Assembly (NCBI GenBank): GCA_020831885.1
Contig: JAFIFU010000005.1
Coordinates: 26,071 to 90,070 of the forward strand
Direction: 5' to 3'
DNA: 64,000 bases
DNA from: Ectothiorhodospiraceae bacterium
Lineage (GTDB): Bacteria > Pseudomonadota > Gammaproteobacteria > Nitrococcales > Aquisalimonadaceae
Below the pieces are notes generated by a model, which saw nothing but the letters and a program-made list of their open reading frames with translations, made no database searches and was not told the origin of the DNA. Position 1 is the stretch's first letter; each line of letters starts with the position of its first letter. Of this stretch, positions 19,350-29,023 are shown piece after piece. A program made the translations under genes and the position numbers.

Positions 19350-20426
19350 TTATCCGGCCCGCGGCCTGATTGGGGCCGGAACCAACCGGCCGAGTCCCCG
19401 GCGCAGCGGCGTGGTCGCCAGAACCGCCAGCAAAACCAGCGCCGGCCATTCCAGCCAGTGGGGCAGGAACTCGCGGACCGTGCCGATCTGTGCGGCGATG
19501 CTGATGTCCAGCCAGGCGATCAGGCCGTCCAATGCCAGCCCCAGCACAACAACCGAACCGATGATGCCGCCCAGGTAGCAGGCCAGGGCGGCGGTCCCCA
19601 TCTCACGCCACAACAACGCCAGCGTTGCCATGCTGGTGATCGGGCCGGCCAGCAGAAAGACCAGCGCCGTGCCCGGGGAGATGCCGGCGGCCAGCATCCC
19701 CGCGGCGATCGGGGTGGCGGCCGAGGCACAGACGTAGAGCGGGATGCCGATCACCGCCAGCAACAGCATGGGCAGCAGCCCGCTGCCGTAGGCGGCCATG
19801 GCCTGCGGCGGGACCAGGGCCATCAGGATGCCGGCAATGATCAGCCCCCCCAGGATCCACAGGCTGATGTCGTCCAGCAGCTCGGCGAACGCATAGCGCA
19901 TGCCGTGGCGTAGTCGGCCTTCGGCCCATTGCCCCTTTACGGGCTGTCCGGTAGGCAGTTCCCGGTCGCACGCATCGGTGCAAGCGTCGGATGGGGCCGT
20001 GTTCGCCTGCGCCGGGCCCCTGGTCCCGACGTCCGTGGTCGCCACCAGCAAACCGGTTCCGATGGCCGTGATCACGGCACCGGCGGCGCGGACCAAGGCC
20101 ATGAAGGGACCCAGCAGCGCATAGGTGATGGCCACCGAGTCCACGCCCACCCCGGGGCTGCCGATCATGAATGCGGCCGTCGGTCCCCGGCCCGCACCAG
20201 CGCGATGCAGCGCCAGCGCCGTGGGGATGGCGCCGCAGGAACACAGCGGCAACGGCGCACCGATCACCGCGGCTCGTGACACCCCGCCGATCCCCCGGCC
20301 GGACACCCAGTGGGAGAGCAAGCGCTCCGGGAAATAGGCCTTGACAAGGCCGGCGGCGAACAGGCCCAGGAGCAGCCAGGGCGCTGCCGTGAGTGCAACG
20401 GCGACGGTTTCGTGAACGATGTTCAT
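19350..20426 (-). CDS. Metal permease of the ArsP/DUF318 type (putative Cu/Zn/Cd efflux)
   Basis: Start at MNIVHE (20426). Has the APLPLCSCGAIP motif, a Cys/Asp-rich central loop (SDACTDACD) and is multi-TM. Confidence 0.75.
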   Translation of the reverse strand: MNIVHETVAVALTAAPWLLLGLFAAGLVKAYFPERLLSHWVSGRGIGGVSRAAVIGAPLPLCSCGAIPTALALHRAGAGRGPTAAFMIGSPGVGVDSVAITYALLGPFMALVRAAGAVITAIGTGLLVATTDVGTRGPAQANTAPSDACTDACDRELPTGQPVKGQWAEGRLRHGMRYAFAELLDDISLWILGGLIIAGILMALVPPQAMAAYGSGLLPMLLLAVIGIPLYVCASAATPIAAGMLAAGISPGTALVFLLAGPITSMATLALLWREMGTAALACYLGGIIGSVVVLGLALDGLIAWLDISIAAQIGTVREFLPHWLEWPALVLLAVLATTPLRRGLGRLVPAPIRPRAG

Positions 20427-20505
20427 ACCCTCTCCCGGTTCTCCCATAGTGGACGGCGGCGGCATCCTGGTGCGGAGTCCGCTGTCCCCGATGCCGATGC
20501 GTGCT

Positions 20506-20536
20506 AGTCTGAACCCTGTAACGGTTGCAAGGTCAA
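20506..20536 (-). promoter_or_regulatory. MerR-type promoter and operator for the permease gene
   Basis: On the minus strand: TTGACC, a 19-nt spacer, then CAGACT. The spacer holds the dyad ACCCTGTAA-CGG-TTGCAAGGT (20513-20533), which resembles CadR/PbrR/ZntR operators. Confidence 0.5.
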
Positions 20537-20541
20537 GAGTC

Positions 20542-20955
20542 ATGCCCGCGCAATTCAGAATCGGTGAAGTGGCGAAACGGACCGGGTGTTCGCCGGAGAT
20601 CATCAGGCATTACGAGAAGCTGGGGTTGCTGGATCCCCCCCGGCGGGCGCCGAACGGTTACCGGTACTATACGGAGGAGGCGATGGGTCGCCTGGGTTTC
20701 ATACGCCACGGCCGGACAATCGGCCTGGACCTGCAGACGATCCGGGAACTGCTGTCCCTGGCCGACAGACCGGAAGCCGGGTGTGAACAGGCGGACCGGA
20801 TCGCCCGGCATCACCTGGCGCGTCTGGAGGAACGGATCGTTTCCCTGAACCGGCTTGCCGACGAGCTGCGGTCCCTGGTCTCCCAGTGCCGCGGCGGCCG
20901 TATCGCTGACTGCCGGATTATCGAAGCGCTGTTCCAGCGGCCCCGGAACGGATAA
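20542..20955 (+). CDS. MerR-family heavy-metal-responsive regulator (CadR/ZntR-like)
   Basis: HTH FRIGEVAKRTGCSPEIIRHYEKLGLL. Cys81, Cys116 and Cys124 are arranged as in divalent-metal sensors. Divergent from the permease. Confidence 0.85.
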   Translation: MPAQFRIGEVAKRTGCSPEIIRHYEKLGLLDPPRRAPNGYRYYTEEAMGRLGFIRHGRTIGLDLQTIRELLSLADRPEAGCEQADRIARHHLARLEERIVSLNRLADELRSLVSQCRGGRIADCRIIEALFQRPRNG

Positions 20956-20993
20956 CCGGTCCGGCCGGTGGCGACCGTGGGGCTATTCGTCCG

Positions 20994-21215
20994 TCAGCCG
21001 CGGATCACGCCGCTGCGGGCGGTCTGCTGGAACTGTTTCGCCTCACGCAGCAAGCGCTGCTCCAGCGTCTCCAGCTCGGCGTGGTCTATGGCCGGTTTGC
21101 TGCCGGACCGGGGCTGGCGCTGACGGGTGGCCAGTTCCCGATCGATCCGTTCGGCGAGCCTGAGCAGCTCGCGGGTGGGCCAGGTGTCACGGTCCCGGAT
21201 ATTGTCCAGGGGCAT
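20994..21215 (-). CDS. Small hypothetical protein (73 aa)
   Basis: GAGGAG lies 5 nt upstream of ATG 21215. No recognisable family. Confidence 0.5.
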   Translation of the reverse strand: MPLDNIRDRDTWPTRELLRLAERIDRELATRQRQPRSGSKPAIDHAELETLEQRLLREAKQFQQTARSGVIRG

Positions 21216-21299
21216 TGGCGCTCCTCTTCTGACGTGGTTGCTGTAACGGGTGTCCGGATTCACACATGGGGGTGGAACGCCGCCGGGTCAAGGGGCGGT

Positions 21300-22403
21300 C
21301 TATTGCCGGGCCCCCTGCGCCAGGGCGTGCTCACGTGTTCCCGCCGGATCCCGCATGCCGCGGGGGCCGGAGCCCGTCTCGGGCCAGCCTCCGGCATGCT
21401 CCAGGATCAGGTCGGTGAGCATGTCCAGGTGATCGTCGCGATCGTTGAGGGCGGGAATATACCGCAGTTCCCCGCCTCCGGCCTGTCGGAAAATGTCGGC
21501 GTTCTCCATCTGGATCTCCTCCAGGGTCTCCAGGCAGTCCGCGGAGAAACCCGGACAGATCACGTCCAGCGATTTCACACCGGCCTTTCCAAGGGCCTCC
21601 ACCGTCTTGTCGGTATAGGGCTGCAGCCATTCCGCCTTGCCGAAACGGGACTGGAACGTGAATTGCCAGTTGTCCTTGTCCAACCCCAGTTCCTCCGCCA
21701 CCAGACGCGCGGTTTTGCGGCACTGGCAATGATACGGGTCGCCCTCCAGCAGATAGCGTAACGGCGTGCCGTGGAAGGAGAACAGGAGTCGGTCGCCACG
21801 GCCCCGGGTTTCCCAGTGCTCGCGGATGCTCGCCGCCAGGCAGGCAATGTAGGCCGGGTCGTCGTGGTACTGGGCAACGAAGCGGAGCTCCGGGATCCAT
21901 CGCCACCGCCCCAGTTCGCCCGCCAGGGCATCGAAGGTGGAGGCCGTGGTGGCGCCGGAGTACTGCGGATAAAGCGGCAGAACCAGGAGGCGTTCCGCAC
22001 CATGGTCCCGCAGGCGGTTCAGGCTCTCGGGGATGGACGGCCGGCCATAGCGCATGCCCAGCTCCACCACTGCCGGGCCCCGGAGCCTGTCTTCCAGACG
22101 CCGGCGGATGCCGTCCGCCTGGGCCTGGCCGATGGTGAGCAGCGGCGAGCCGGCAGCCGTCCAGACCCGGGCATAGGCCCGGGCTGACCGGGCGGGTCGC
22201 ACCCGCAGAATGATGCCGTGCAGAATGAGCCGCCAGAGAATACGCGGCAGCTCCACCACCCGTGGGTCGGCCAGAAACTCCCCCAGATACCGCCGCAGGG
22301 CGGGCGCCGTCGGCGCCTCCGGCGTGCCCAGATTGGCAAGCAGGATACCCAGGCGCGGGGTGTCGTCGTGGCGAAAGCCCTGCCTGGCGGTGTAACGCGG
22401 CAT
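21300..22403 (-). CDS. hemH: Ferrochelatase
   Basis: GILLANLGTPEAPT..LRRYLGEFLADPRVV and LPLYPQYSGATT motifs. Confidence 0.9.
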   Translation of the reverse strand: MPRYTARQGFRHDDTPRLGILLANLGTPEAPTAPALRRYLGEFLADPRVVELPRILWRLILHGIILRVRPARSARAYARVWTAAGSPLLTIGQAQADGIRRRLEDRLRGPAVVELGMRYGRPSIPESLNRLRDHGAERLLVLPLYPQYSGATTASTFDALAGELGRWRWIPELRFVAQYHDDPAYIACLAASIREHWETRGRGDRLLFSFHGTPLRYLLEGDPYHCQCRKTARLVAEELGLDKDNWQFTFQSRFGKAEWLQPYTDKTVEALGKAGVKSLDVICPGFSADCLETLEEIQMENADIFRQAGGGELRYIPALNDRDDHLDMLTDLILEHAGGWPETGSGPRGMRDPAGTREHALAQGARQ

Positions 22404-22433
22404 TTGGCGGCTCCTGTGTGGCGGTCTGCACGC

Positions 22434-23060
22434 TTACTCGGCGGGGGCTGAACTCAGCAGCAGTCGGAAGGCCTTGCTTGCCGGCTCCAGGGTCGGTTCC
22501 CGGCCGCAGATCAGGTCGCTGTAAACCACCCCTTCGCCGATGCGGACGATGAAATACGCCAGGTTGTAGCTGTCCATCTGGGGAGCGATGGTCCCCGCCT
22601 CGATCTGCCGGTCGAACAGATCCTTCCAGACACGGATCAGCCTGTGTTGCATGCCGCTGCGCCCTGAGGTGAGTACCTGTAATGCGAACTCCGGATCCTG
22701 TTGCAGGAACCGCTGGAGCGGTTCCGCCCGCGTCAGTACCCGGTTGATCTCGTCATAGATATGCACCAGGTAATCCACACCCTGCAGATCGGGCACGTGA
22801 TCGGCATTGGCCACGGCCTGGTCAAACACGTCCTTGTACAACGACCAGAGTATCTCGCCGAGGAACAATTCCTTGTTGCCCACCCAGCGCATGAGTGTGG
22901 CACGGCCGATACCGAGTTCGTTGGCCAGGGCGGACAGGTTGAGTCGCCTGCCGTCCAGCCACCAGCGGCGGCCCAGCTTGAAAGCGGACAGCGGCGTCGG
23001 GCGGTCCTTGCCGGGTTGCTGTCCCAGTGCGACGGCCAGAGGCGTCGGTTGATCGGCCAT
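22434..23060 (-). CDS. TetR-family transcriptional regulator
   Basis: HTH LNLSALANELGIGRATLMRWVG. AGGAGA lies upstream of ATG 23060. Sits next to phaZ. Confidence 0.8.
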   Translation of the reverse strand: MADQPTPLAVALGQQPGKDRPTPLSAFKLGRRWWLDGRRLNLSALANELGIGRATLMRWVGNKELFLGEILWSLYKDVFDQAVANADHVPDLQGVDYLVHIYDEINRVLTRAEPLQRFLQQDPEFALQVLTSGRSGMQHRLIRVWKDLFDRQIEAGTIAPQMDSYNLAYFIVRIGEGVVYSDLICGREPTLEPASKAFRLLLSSAPAE

Positions 23061-23179
23061 GTCTTCTCCTGCGTCCCTCCATGCGGACCGACAGTATACA
23101 GAACCAACAGATGGATCATCCATGAGTCGTGGCGCCGTTCGTCGAGACAGCGCCCCGGACTGGAGCAAGGCCTGGTGGC

Positions 23180-24397
23180 TCAGTCACTGATGTGAATCGC
23201 GTCGCGGACCATGGGATAGATGGATTGCTCCCACCGCTTGCCGTTGAACACGCCGTAGTGTCCCGCGTCGGCCTGGACGAAGTGATTTCGCAGCCCCCGC
23301 CGCAGACCGGTGCAGAGATCATGGGCCGCCATGGTCTGCCCCAGGGAGCAGATGTCGTCGCGCTCGCCCTCCACGGTCAGCAGCGTGGTCCGGCGGATGG
23401 CTGCGGGGTTCACCGGCCGGCCGTGCCAGGTGAGTTCTCCCTTGGCCAGGGCGTAGTCCTGGAACACTGTTTGCACGGTTTCCAGATAGAACTCGGCGGG
23501 CAGATCCGAGACGGCGAAGTATTCCTCGTAGAAGCTGCGTTTGGATTCCGCTTTCTCCGCGTCGCCTTCCACCAGTTCATTGAACAGCGCCCGGAAGGAG
23601 TTCACATGGCGGTCCAGATTCATGTTCATGAACGCGGTGAGCTGGAGAAAGCCCGGGTAGACGTCGCGGTTGGCCCCGGCGTAACGCAGCGGTACCCGGG
23701 TAATGAGGTTGCGCCGGAACCACCCGATGGGTCTGCTGGTGGCCAGTTCGTTGACCTCCGTGGGATTGATCCGGCAGTCGATGGGGCCGGCCATGAGAAC
23801 CAGGCTGCGCGGTGTGACGGGGCTGTCGTTTTCCGCCAGGATGGCGGTTGCGGCCAGCGCCGGGACACAGGGCTGGCAGATGGCCATCAGGTGAGCGCCG
23901 GGGCCGATCTCCTCCATGAACAGCAGCAGGTGGTCAATGTACTCGTCCAATCCGAAGCGGCCGGCCGCCACGGGGATGTCCCGGGCATTGTGCCAGTCGG
24001 TGATGTAGACGTCGTGCTCGGGCAGCATGGTCCGGACCGTGTCCCGCAACAGGGTGGCAAAATGTCCGGACAAGGGGGCAACCAGCAGCACCCGCGGCAT
24101 GGGCACGTCGCTCTCCTTGCGGAACCGCAACAGGCTGGCGAACGGGGTTTCCAGAACAAGCTCCTCGTGCACGGGGACGTCTTCCCGTCCCACGCGCACC
24201 GAACGGATGTCGAAATCCGGCCGCCGGTGGGTCAGTTCCGCCAGGGAGAACACCTCATAGCTTGCCGCAAGCTTCCGCATGGTGGCGGTGCCGAAGCCGC
24301 CGAACCACGGCAGGTTCAACGCCGGCAGCGCCAGCCGGGCCAGGGTACGGGAGGACCACATGAGGTCCTGGTGCGCCTGATAAGCCTGGTAGAGCAT
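23180..24397 (-). CDS. phaZ: Intracellular polyhydroxyalkanoate depolymerase
   Basis: MLYQAYQAHQDL N-terminus, about 405 aa, and overall pattern typical of the intracellular PhaZ family. Confidence 0.8.
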   Translation of the reverse strand: MLYQAYQAHQDLMWSSRTLARLALPALNLPWFGGFGTATMRKLAASYEVFSLAELTHRRPDFDIRSVRVGREDVPVHEELVLETPFASLLRFRKESDVPMPRVLLVAPLSGHFATLLRDTVRTMLPEHDVYITDWHNARDIPVAAGRFGLDEYIDHLLLFMEEIGPGAHLMAICQPCVPALAATAILAENDSPVTPRSLVLMAGPIDCRINPTEVNELATSRPIGWFRRNLITRVPLRYAGANRDVYPGFLQLTAFMNMNLDRHVNSFRALFNELVEGDAEKAESKRSFYEEYFAVSDLPAEFYLETVQTVFQDYALAKGELTWHGRPVNPAAIRRTTLLTVEGERDDICSLGQTMAAHDLCTGLRRGLRNHFVQADAGHYGVFNGKRWEQSIYPMVRDAIHISD

Positions 24398-24552
24398 GTG
24401 TTCTCCCGGTGTTATTCACGCCATCCGCTGGTTATATCAGCACTGCACCTCGCCGGAACTTGACGCGGTTGGCAGAGTGCTGATCCGTAGCGCAGACTGA
24501 TGGCCGGTTGAGGGGTCTCGATCCGGTGAGGGCCCGTGTGAGGAAGCGGAAC

Positions 24553-25203
24553 ATGAATACGGTGTCATTAAGTATTAGTAGCAAGAACTATTCTTCATGG
24601 TCAATGCGCGGTTGGCTGCTGGTGCGCTTTTCGGGACTCCCCTTCGAGGAGGAGCTGGTGCCGCTGGATGCCGAGGCGCGCAAGGAGCTGTTGCTCCAGT
24701 CCTCGTCGTTCCGGGTGCCGTGTCTGCGACACGGCGAGGTCAAGGCCTGGGACACCCTGGCCATCGCGGAGTATCTTCACGAGATCCGCCCGGAGGCGGG
24801 TCTGCTGCCCGAACACCCCGCCGGCAGAGCCTACTGCCGTTCCATCTGTGGGGAGATGCACTCCGGTTTCGCAAGCCTTCGCACCAGTCTCCCGTTCAAT
24901 GTCAGGGCACACTTTCCGGGACACCGGGTGTTCGGGCGGGCCATGGACGACATCGACCGGATCACCACCATCTGGCGGGAATGTCTGGAACGCTACGGCG
25001 GGCCCTTCCTGTTCGGCGGGCGTACCATGGCGGACGCCATGTATGCGCCGGTGGTCCTGCGCTTCGCCACCTATGATGTGCAACCGGACGCCACCTGCCA
25101 GGCATACTGCGATCATATCCGCGCGCTGCCCGAGGTGCGGGAATGGGTGGATGCGGCGATGCGGGAAACCGAAGAAATCGACGAGCTGGACATGGAGTTC
25201 TGA
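24553..25203 (+). CDS. Glutathione S-transferase family protein
   Basis: SSKNYSSWSMRGWLLL-type N-terminus, VPCL..G....DTLAIAEYL, and a GST C-terminal helix region. Confidence 0.8.
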   Translation: MNTVSLSISSKNYSSWSMRGWLLVRFSGLPFEEELVPLDAEARKELLLQSSSFRVPCLRHGEVKAWDTLAIAEYLHEIRPEAGLLPEHPAGRAYCRSICGEMHSGFASLRTSLPFNVRAHFPGHRVFGRAMDDIDRITTIWRECLERYGGPFLFGGRTMADAMYAPVVLRFATYDVQPDATCQAYCDHIRALPEVREWVDAAMRETEEIDELDMEF

Positions 25204-25266
25204 ACCGCCTGAGCGCCGGTGCGGGAGGAGAGGCGGACGACGGGCCATGGCCGAGGAGGTGTGATC

Positions 25267-26022
25267 ATGGAACAGCAGCGGATTGCAGTGGTGACGGGTG
25301 CAGGGACCGGCATCGGTCGGGCAACGGCCCTGGCGCTGTTGCGGGAAGGCTATGCGGTGGTCCTGGCGGGGCGGCGCCGGGAACCCCTGGAAGAGACCGG
25401 CCGCCTGGCGGGTGACCGTGCCGGGGAGGCCCTGGTGGTGCCTACCGACGTCGGCAGGCCCGAGGCCGTGGCGGCCTTGTTCCAGGCGGTGGAGGCCCGG
25501 TTCGGGCGTTTGGACCTGCTGTTCAACAACGCCGGGACCGGCGCGCCGCCGGTACCCATGGACGAGTTGGACCCGGCCCGGTGGCAGGCGGTGGTGGATG
25601 CCAACCTCACCGGCCCCTTCCTGTGCACGCGGGAGGCGTTCCGCATCATGCGCCATCAGGAGCCCATGGGCGGGCGCATCATCAACAACGGCTCGATCTC
25701 GGCCCATGTGCCGCGGCCGTACTCCGCCCCGTACACGGCCACCAAGCACGGTATCACCGGGTTGACGAAAGCCACCTCGCTGGATGGTCGCCGTTTCAAT
25801 ATCGCCTGTGGCCAGATTGACATCGGCAATGCCGCCACGGAGATGACCGCGCCCATGCGCAAGGGCGTTCCGCAAGCCAGCGGTGAAATCGCCCCCGAGC
25901 CGGTGATGGATGTGGAACACGTGGCGCGGGCGGTTGTGCAGATGGCGGCCCTGCCGCTGGACACCAATGTGCAGTTCATGACCATCATGGCCACGAACAT
26001 GCCCTACATCGGCCGCGGCTGA
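25267..26022 (+). CDS. SDR-family oxidoreductase
   Basis: [16 protein letters not shown] and Y-x3-K (YTATKHG) motifs. Confidence 0.85.
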   Translation: MEQQRIAVVTGAGTGIGRATALALLREGYAVVLAGRRREPLEETGRLAGDRAGEALVVPTDVGRPEAVAALFQAVEARFGRLDLLFNNAGTGAPPVPMDELDPARWQAVVDANLTGPFLCTREAFRIMRHQEPMGGRIINNGSISAHVPRPYSAPYTATKHGITGLTKATSLDGRRFNIACGQIDIGNAATEMTAPMRKGVPQASGEIAPEPVMDVEHVARAVVQMAALPLDTNVQFMTIMATNMPYIGRG

Positions 26023-26127
26023 CCGTTTCCGTGGCGAAATTCCGGACGCACCCTACACATGGACGCCGTGTTCCGGCATCCTGATGGCCATTTCCCGGGG
26101 AATCCGGTCATCGAATGCAGGAGGATC

Positions 26128-26553
26128 ATGATGAACCCGACCGATCAGATGCCCGACATGCGCATGGATACCGCCAATCTGGTGCGTGAAGAAACCTTCA
26201 GCGACGGCCGGGTCGGCACCATCCGCCGTCTCGTGCCGGTGAAGCTGGACGGCAGCGAGGATCCGGACCGCCCGGTGATCTACACCGGCCATACCCAGAT
26301 CATGACCCAGGCCGGTGCTCTGCCGTTGTCCTTCGAGATCGAGGCCGACACCCTGGAGCAGGCGGTGGAACGGTTCCCGGAGCTGGCCCAACAGGCTTTG
26401 GAGGACATGGTCCAGCGTATCGAGGAAATGCGCCGGGACGCGGCCACATCCATCGTCACGCCGGAGCAGGCGGGGTTCGGCGGCATGGGCGGCGGCGGTT
26501 TCGGGGGCGCCCAGGGCGGCGAAGGCGGCTTTGGTGGTATCCGGCTGAAGTAG
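26128..26553 (+). CDS. Hypothetical cytoplasmic protein with a Gly/Phe-rich C-terminal tail
   Basis: AGGAGG lies 4 nt upstream of ATG 26128. The tail is GFGGMGGGGFGGAQGGEGGFGG. Confidence 0.65.
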   Translation: MMNPTDQMPDMRMDTANLVREETFSDGRVGTIRRLVPVKLDGSEDPDRPVIYTGHTQIMTQAGALPLSFEIEADTLEQAVERFPELAQQALEDMVQRIEEMRRDAATSIVTPEQAGFGGMGGGGFGGAQGGEGGFGGIRLK

Positions 26554-26562
26554 CGGTACGGT

Positions 26563-27528
26563 TCAGCCGGCCCGCAGTAACTGCACGCTGAACCAGCCGC
26601 GGGGGTCCGTCCACCGGGCGACGGTGGTCAGACCGGCCCGGCTGGCCAGCGTCTCCAGTCGTTCCGGGGTGTACTTGTAGCTGTACTCCGTCACGATGGG
26701 TTCCCCCGGCGCGAACCGGAAGCACCGTCCGCCCAGATCGATACGCTGATGCCCGGTGCTGACCAGGTGCATCTCCATGCGGCCCTCCGCCCCGTTCCAG
26801 ATCGCCCGGTGGGCGAAGTCTTCCGGACTCAGCCTTGCTCCCAGTTCCCGTTGCATGCGGTAGAGCACGTTCCGGTTGAAGGCGGCGGTGACGCCTTGCG
26901 CGTCGTCGTAGGCCGGTACCAGGATGTCCGGATCCTTTTCCAGATCCACCCCCAGCAGCACGGCTCCGTCTTCGCCGGCGATGAGGCGCAGCCGCTGCAA
27001 CAGCTCCCGGGCCCGTTCCGGCGGGAAGTTGCCCAGCGTGGATCCGGGAAAATAGGCAAGCCGCCGCCGTACCGGGCGGCGGCCTTCCGGTATCCCGAAC
27101 GGACGGGTGAAGTCCGCGCAGACCGGCAGGATGTCCAGCGACGGGTAGTCCCGCTCCAGCGCCTGGACGCTGGCCTCCAGCGGCTCCGGGCTGATCTCCA
27201 CCGGCACGTAGCCCGCCGGCGCCGGCAGGGCGTCCAGCAGCAGGCGGATCTTCACCCCGCTCCCGCTGCCCGGCTCCACCACCAGGGCGCCGGGGCCGAT
27301 GATCCGGCCCATTTCCGGAGCGTGGCGGCGCATGATGTCCACCTCGGTGCGGGTCAGATAGTACTCGGGCAAGGCGCAGATCCGCTCGAACAGTCTGGAG
27401 CCCCGGGCGTCGTAAAAGTATTTGGGCGACAGCCCGCGCGGGCGCTGGTCCAGGCCGCGCAGGCAGTCCTGCAGGAATTCCCTTTCCGCGGACGGTGTCG
27501 CCCGGTCCGGATGTTCCGTCCCCATCAT
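26563..27528 (-). CDS. egtD: L-histidine N-alpha-methyltransferase (ergothioneine pathway)
   Basis: LSPKYFYDARGSRLFERICALPEYYLTRTE and VEPGSGSGVK motifs. Its start ATGATG overlaps the egtB stop. Confidence 0.85.
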   Translation of the reverse strand: MMGTEHPDRATPSAEREFLQDCLRGLDQRPRGLSPKYFYDARGSRLFERICALPEYYLTRTEVDIMRRHAPEMGRIIGPGALVVEPGSGSGVKIRLLLDALPAPAGYVPVEISPEPLEASVQALERDYPSLDILPVCADFTRPFGIPEGRRPVRRRLAYFPGSTLGNFPPERARELLQRLRLIAGEDGAVLLGVDLEKDPDILVPAYDDAQGVTAAFNRNVLYRMQRELGARLSPEDFAHRAIWNGAEGRMEMHLVSTGHQRIDLGGRCFRFAPGEPIVTEYSYKYTPERLETLASRAGLTTVARWTDPRGWFSVQLLRAG

Positions 27529-28784
27529 GCGTCCCTGGCCAGTCGGAGCCCGGTGAACTGCCAGCGGGCGTCCGGATAGAAGAAGTTCCGATAGCCGGGG
27601 CGGAAATGGTCCGCAGGCGTCGCGCAGGAGCCGCCCCGGAGAACGAACTGGTTGCACATGAATTTTCCGTTGTATTCCCCCACCGCCCCGGGCGGCGGCC
27701 GGTATCCCGGGTAGGCGGCATAGGCGCTGCAGGTCCATTCCCAGACGCCGCCGCGAAGACCGGCGGGCTGGCCGGTGGCCGGGCGGGGGTGGAACTCGCC
27801 CTGGTCCTGGAATTGACCCGTGCCGGGGTGCTGGCGGCAGAAGCTTTCCCATTCGGCTTCCGTTGGCAGCCGCGCCCCCGCCCAGCGGGCATAGGCGTCA
27901 GCCTCGTAGTAGCTCAGGTGGCAGACCGGGGCCTGTGGGCCCAGTGGGCGGACGCCGTAGAGGGTGAATTCGTGCTCCAGATCCTCCTGCCAGTAAAGTG
28001 GGCGCTGCCAGCACTGCTGCTGCACGGTTGCCCAGCCGTCCGACAACCACAATTCCGGCCTGCGGTAGCCCCCGTCGCTAATAAACTGCCGGTATTCCCG
28101 GTTGCTCACCGGCCGGTTCGCCAATTCAAAGGCTTGCAGGAAGACCTGATGAGCGGGGCCCTCGTTGTCGAAATGAAAGCCGTCTCCCCGGTGTCCGATG
28201 GTCACCAGCCCGGCGGGGCCGGGTATAAACCGCAAAGGCTGCTCCGCGCCCGCATCCGCTGCGTGCTGCTCCCGGTAAGCGGCGGGCAGCAGGGGATTCA
28301 GTGAAAGGGTGTGCTTGATGTCCGTGAGCAGCAGTTCCTGATGCTGCTGTTCGTGATGCGTGCCCAGGCGGATCAGCGCCTCCGCTGCCGCTGACGGGCT
28401 CTGCAGCAGCTTCTCCAGATGGGTGTCCACATGCCGCCGGTAGGCGCTTACCTCGTCCACCGTGGGGCGGCTCAGCATACCCCGCAGCGGGCGCGGGTGC
28501 ATCCGGCCGACGGCGTTGTAGTAGCTATTGAACAGGTAGCCGAAACCGGGGTGAAACCGCTGATAACCGGGCACATGGCGGGCCAGCACGAATTCCTCGA
28601 AAAACCAGGTGGTATGTGCCCGGTGCCATTTGGTGGGGCTGGCGTCAGGCATGCTCTGGATGGCCTGGTCTTCCGGTCCCAGTGGTGCGGCCAGGGCTTC
28701 CGTGGTGGCCCGGATGCGCTGGAAGCGCTGCCGCAGGGTCTCGGTGCCGGCCTGCTCCCGCTCCACGCCTTCGGTTGCCCCCAT
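27525..28784 (-). CDS. egtB: Ergothioneine biosynthesis sulfoxide synthase (DinB-like plus FGE-sulfatase domains)
   Basis: SPTKWHRAHTTWFFEEF, HHEQQHQELL and GGVWEWTCS...LRGGS motifs. Start taken at ATG 28784, which has AAGGGGGGA upstream. Confidence 0.85.
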   Translation of the reverse strand: MGATEGVEREQAGTETLRQRFQRIRATTEALAAPLGPEDQAIQSMPDASPTKWHRAHTTWFFEEFVLARHVPGYQRFHPGFGYLFNSYYNAVGRMHPRPLRGMLSRPTVDEVSAYRRHVDTHLEKLLQSPSAAAEALIRLGTHHEQQHQELLLTDIKHTLSLNPLLPAAYREQHAADAGAEQPLRFIPGPAGLVTIGHRGDGFHFDNEGPAHQVFLQAFELANRPVSNREYRQFISDGGYRRPELWLSDGWATVQQQCWQRPLYWQEDLEHEFTLYGVRPLGPQAPVCHLSYYEADAYARWAGARLPTEAEWESFCRQHPGTGQFQDQGEFHPRPATGQPAGLRGGVWEWTCSAYAAYPGYRPPPGAVGEYNGKFMCNQFVLRGGSCATPADHFRPGYRNFFYPDARWQFTGLRLARDA

Positions 28785-29023
28785 GGTGCATCCCCCCTTG
28801 TGTTCTGGATCCTGCCACAAAGCCTAGACCGGAAAACCGGTTGCCGCAGCCGCATCCCGGGTTCCCTTCTGTGACTCCCGTTCAAACGTTTCACTCAAAT
28901 GGGTGATGACGGTGGGGCTGGAAATGCGCTCTGATCGAAAGCGGGCGACCGGAGACCGTAGCCATGGGGCCGCGATGCGCCGGAGCGGGTTGTTCACTTG
29001 TAGGCCAGGGGACGGAGAACGTG

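Noticed and set aside
26036-26075. CCCTACACATGGACGCCGTGTTCCGG, a possibly degenerate shortened copy of the REP-like core.
   Set aside because: The alignment needs several indels and there are no flanking long inverted repeats. Too weak to call.
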